From an uncultured Chloroflexia bacterium (GTDB lineage: Bacteria; Chloroflexota; Limnocylindria; Limnocylindrales; CSP1-4), in contig CAWFMQ010000014.1 in NCBI GenBank assembly GCA_963816905.1, positions 172,715 through 236,714 of the forward strand: 64,000 bases of DNA, given 5' to 3'. Of the stretch, positions 62,980-64,000 are shown one piece after another; positions within the stretch are counted from its first letter, which is position 1; every line of letters begins with the position of its first letter. The translations under genes and the position numbers were made by a program. Below the pieces are notes generated by a model. That model worked only from the letters and a program-made list of their open reading frames with translations, was not told the DNA's origin and made no database searches.

Positions 62980-63555
62980 ATGGCTTCGAAGAAATCGCAT
63001 CGGCGTCGATCGACGGAGCCAGCGCGCCCCTCGACAACCGATCGGCCCGAGTCGATCGGCGGTCGCCGGCACGGAACCCCGCGGCGGCGCCCGTGGGTGA
63101 TCGCGGCGGCGATCGCCGTCGTCGTCGTCGGCGCCATCAGCGTCTGGGCCGTGACATCGCTCGCACCGGGCAAGAGCGGCTCCACCACCTCCGGTACGCC
63201 AAACGGCACCAGCCTTCAGCAGACCGGCGGCCCGGTGACGAACATTTCGGCCGACGAACTGGCGGTGATGCTCACCCACAAGGACTTCACGCTGCTGAAC
63301 GTCAAGACGCCCTACATCGGCGAGATCGACGGGACCGACCTCTACATCCCGTACACCGATCTCGCGGCACGCGCCTCCAGTCTTCCTGCCGACAAGGGCG
63401 CCAAGATCGTCGTCTACTGCAGAAGCGGCGCCGAGAGTGCCATCGCCGCGCAGACGCTGGTCGGCCTCGGGTATGCCAACATCGACAATCTGGACGGTGG
63501 CATGAACGCCTGGCAGGCCGGCGGTCGCTCGCTCGTGCAACGCAACCGCGGGTAG
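62980..63555 (+). CDS. Membrane-anchored single-domain rhodanese
   Basis: N-terminal basic region + TM helix (WVIAAAIAVVVVGAISVWAV); rhodanese domain ...KIVVYCRSGAESAIAAQTL... catalytic Cys. Confidence 0.7.
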   Translation: MASKKSHRRRSTEPARPSTTDRPESIGGRRHGTPRRRPWVIAAAIAVVVVGAISVWAVTSLAPGKSGSTTSGTPNGTSLQQTGGPVTNISADELAVMLTHKDFTLLNVKTPYIGEIDGTDLYIPYTDLAARASSLPADKGAKIVVYCRSGAESAIAAQTLVGLGYANIDNLDGGMNAWQAGGRSLVQRNRG

Positions 63556-63589
63556 CCGCGGCGCCCGGCCAATCTCGGAGGTGTCAACC

Positions 63590-64000
63590 GTGGGCCTGCT
63601 GGCCGCACAGCTCCGCAAGGAGCACGCAAAGCTCATGCCGCACGTGGACGAGCTCCGCGTCATCGCCGACTACGCCGCGGACATCCCTGCGGCGTCCCTG
63701 CGCGATCGGCTGCGGCGTGAGCATGCCTTCCTGACACGCGAGTTCGTCCCGCACATGCAGGTCGAGCACGAGGCGCTCTACCCGGCCCTGGGGGACTTCC
63801 CGTCGCACCAGGACAGCGCGTCTCCGATGTCGGACGCTCATCTCGAGATCGCGACCCTGATCGATGCCCTGGGCGGACACACCCACGGTTCGGACGCGAG
63901 CCTGGTACCGGAATGGGTCCTGGAGGCTCGCCGCACGCTGTACCAGCTCTACGCGCTCCTGAAGATCCACCTCGCGGAAGAGGAGCTCAACGCGCCCCGG
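63590..64000 (+). CDS. Hemerythrin-like HHE domain protein (3' partial at window end)
   Basis: GTG 63590 with GGAGG RBS; ...FVPHMQVEHEALYPAL...LYQLYALLKIHLAEEE...; paralog of 41237..41729. Confidence 0.55.
   Translation, partial: MGLLAAQLRKEHAKLMPHVDELRVIADYAADIPAASLRDRLRREHAFLTREFVPHMQVEHEALYPALGDFPSHQDSASPMSDAHLEIATLIDALGGHTHGSDASLVPEWVLEARRTLYQLYALLKIHLAEEELNAPR

Overview
High-GC (~70%) bacterial window. Several markers look actinobacterial: an F420-dependent DDN-family reductase, Lgt, an ECF sigma/anti-sigma pair and LuxR-type (LAL) regulators. It reads as an accessory, sulfur- and metalloid-handling neighbourhood rather than core genome.

Main features:
(1) A minus-strand, translationally coupled operon at 33.2-41.2 kb encoding a Qmo/sHdr-like complex with sulfur-carrier partners. 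Order: ArsR-family regulator, two DsrE/TusD-like proteins, TusA, stand-alone MvhD, an HdrA whose ferredoxin-insert region carries a GltD/NfnB-like NAD(P)H module (this gene needs >=3 frame changes), a second full-length HdrA, an 84-aa coupled ORF, and a QmoC/HdrE-like membrane Fe-S subunit.
(2) An 11.2 kb island bounded by an intact tRNA-Gly(TCC) at 4041-4116 and a 47-bp direct repeat of its 3' half at 15310-15356. Cargo: ArsR/ArsP-like permease/thioredoxin-like protein, ArsR/ArsD-like/ArsD/ArsA (ArsA heavily frameshifted), OsmC, TauE/SafE, mmsA (frameshifted), MerR-like+ArsC. No integrase is visible.
(3) Surrounding sulfur-trafficking genes: three TauE/SafE exporters with DUF1634, three rhodaneses, DUF2892, DUF302, a glutaredoxin-like protein, two hemerythrins, three OsmC copies, and a second degraded NTF2/TusA-like + DsrE-like pair. 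At least five ArsR-family regulators are present.
(4) HepT/MntA and RES/Xre toxin-antitoxin pairs, a NarL-type two-component system with an ABC-2 transporter, an OmpR-type two-component system, a Kv-like K+ channel, a CzcD-type metal exporter (CDF family), a secreted C1 (papain-like) protease, an HExxH lipoprotein, a secreted triple-repeat protein, and type I R-M remnants.

A large fraction of the recognisable genes need one or more frameshifts to reconstruct, including a homopolymer indel in groES. This points to either an indel-prone assembly or genuine gene decay. The giant ORFs in the six-frame track (1514 aa, 855 aa, 728 aa and others) are read-through artefacts of GC-rich frames, not real proteins.
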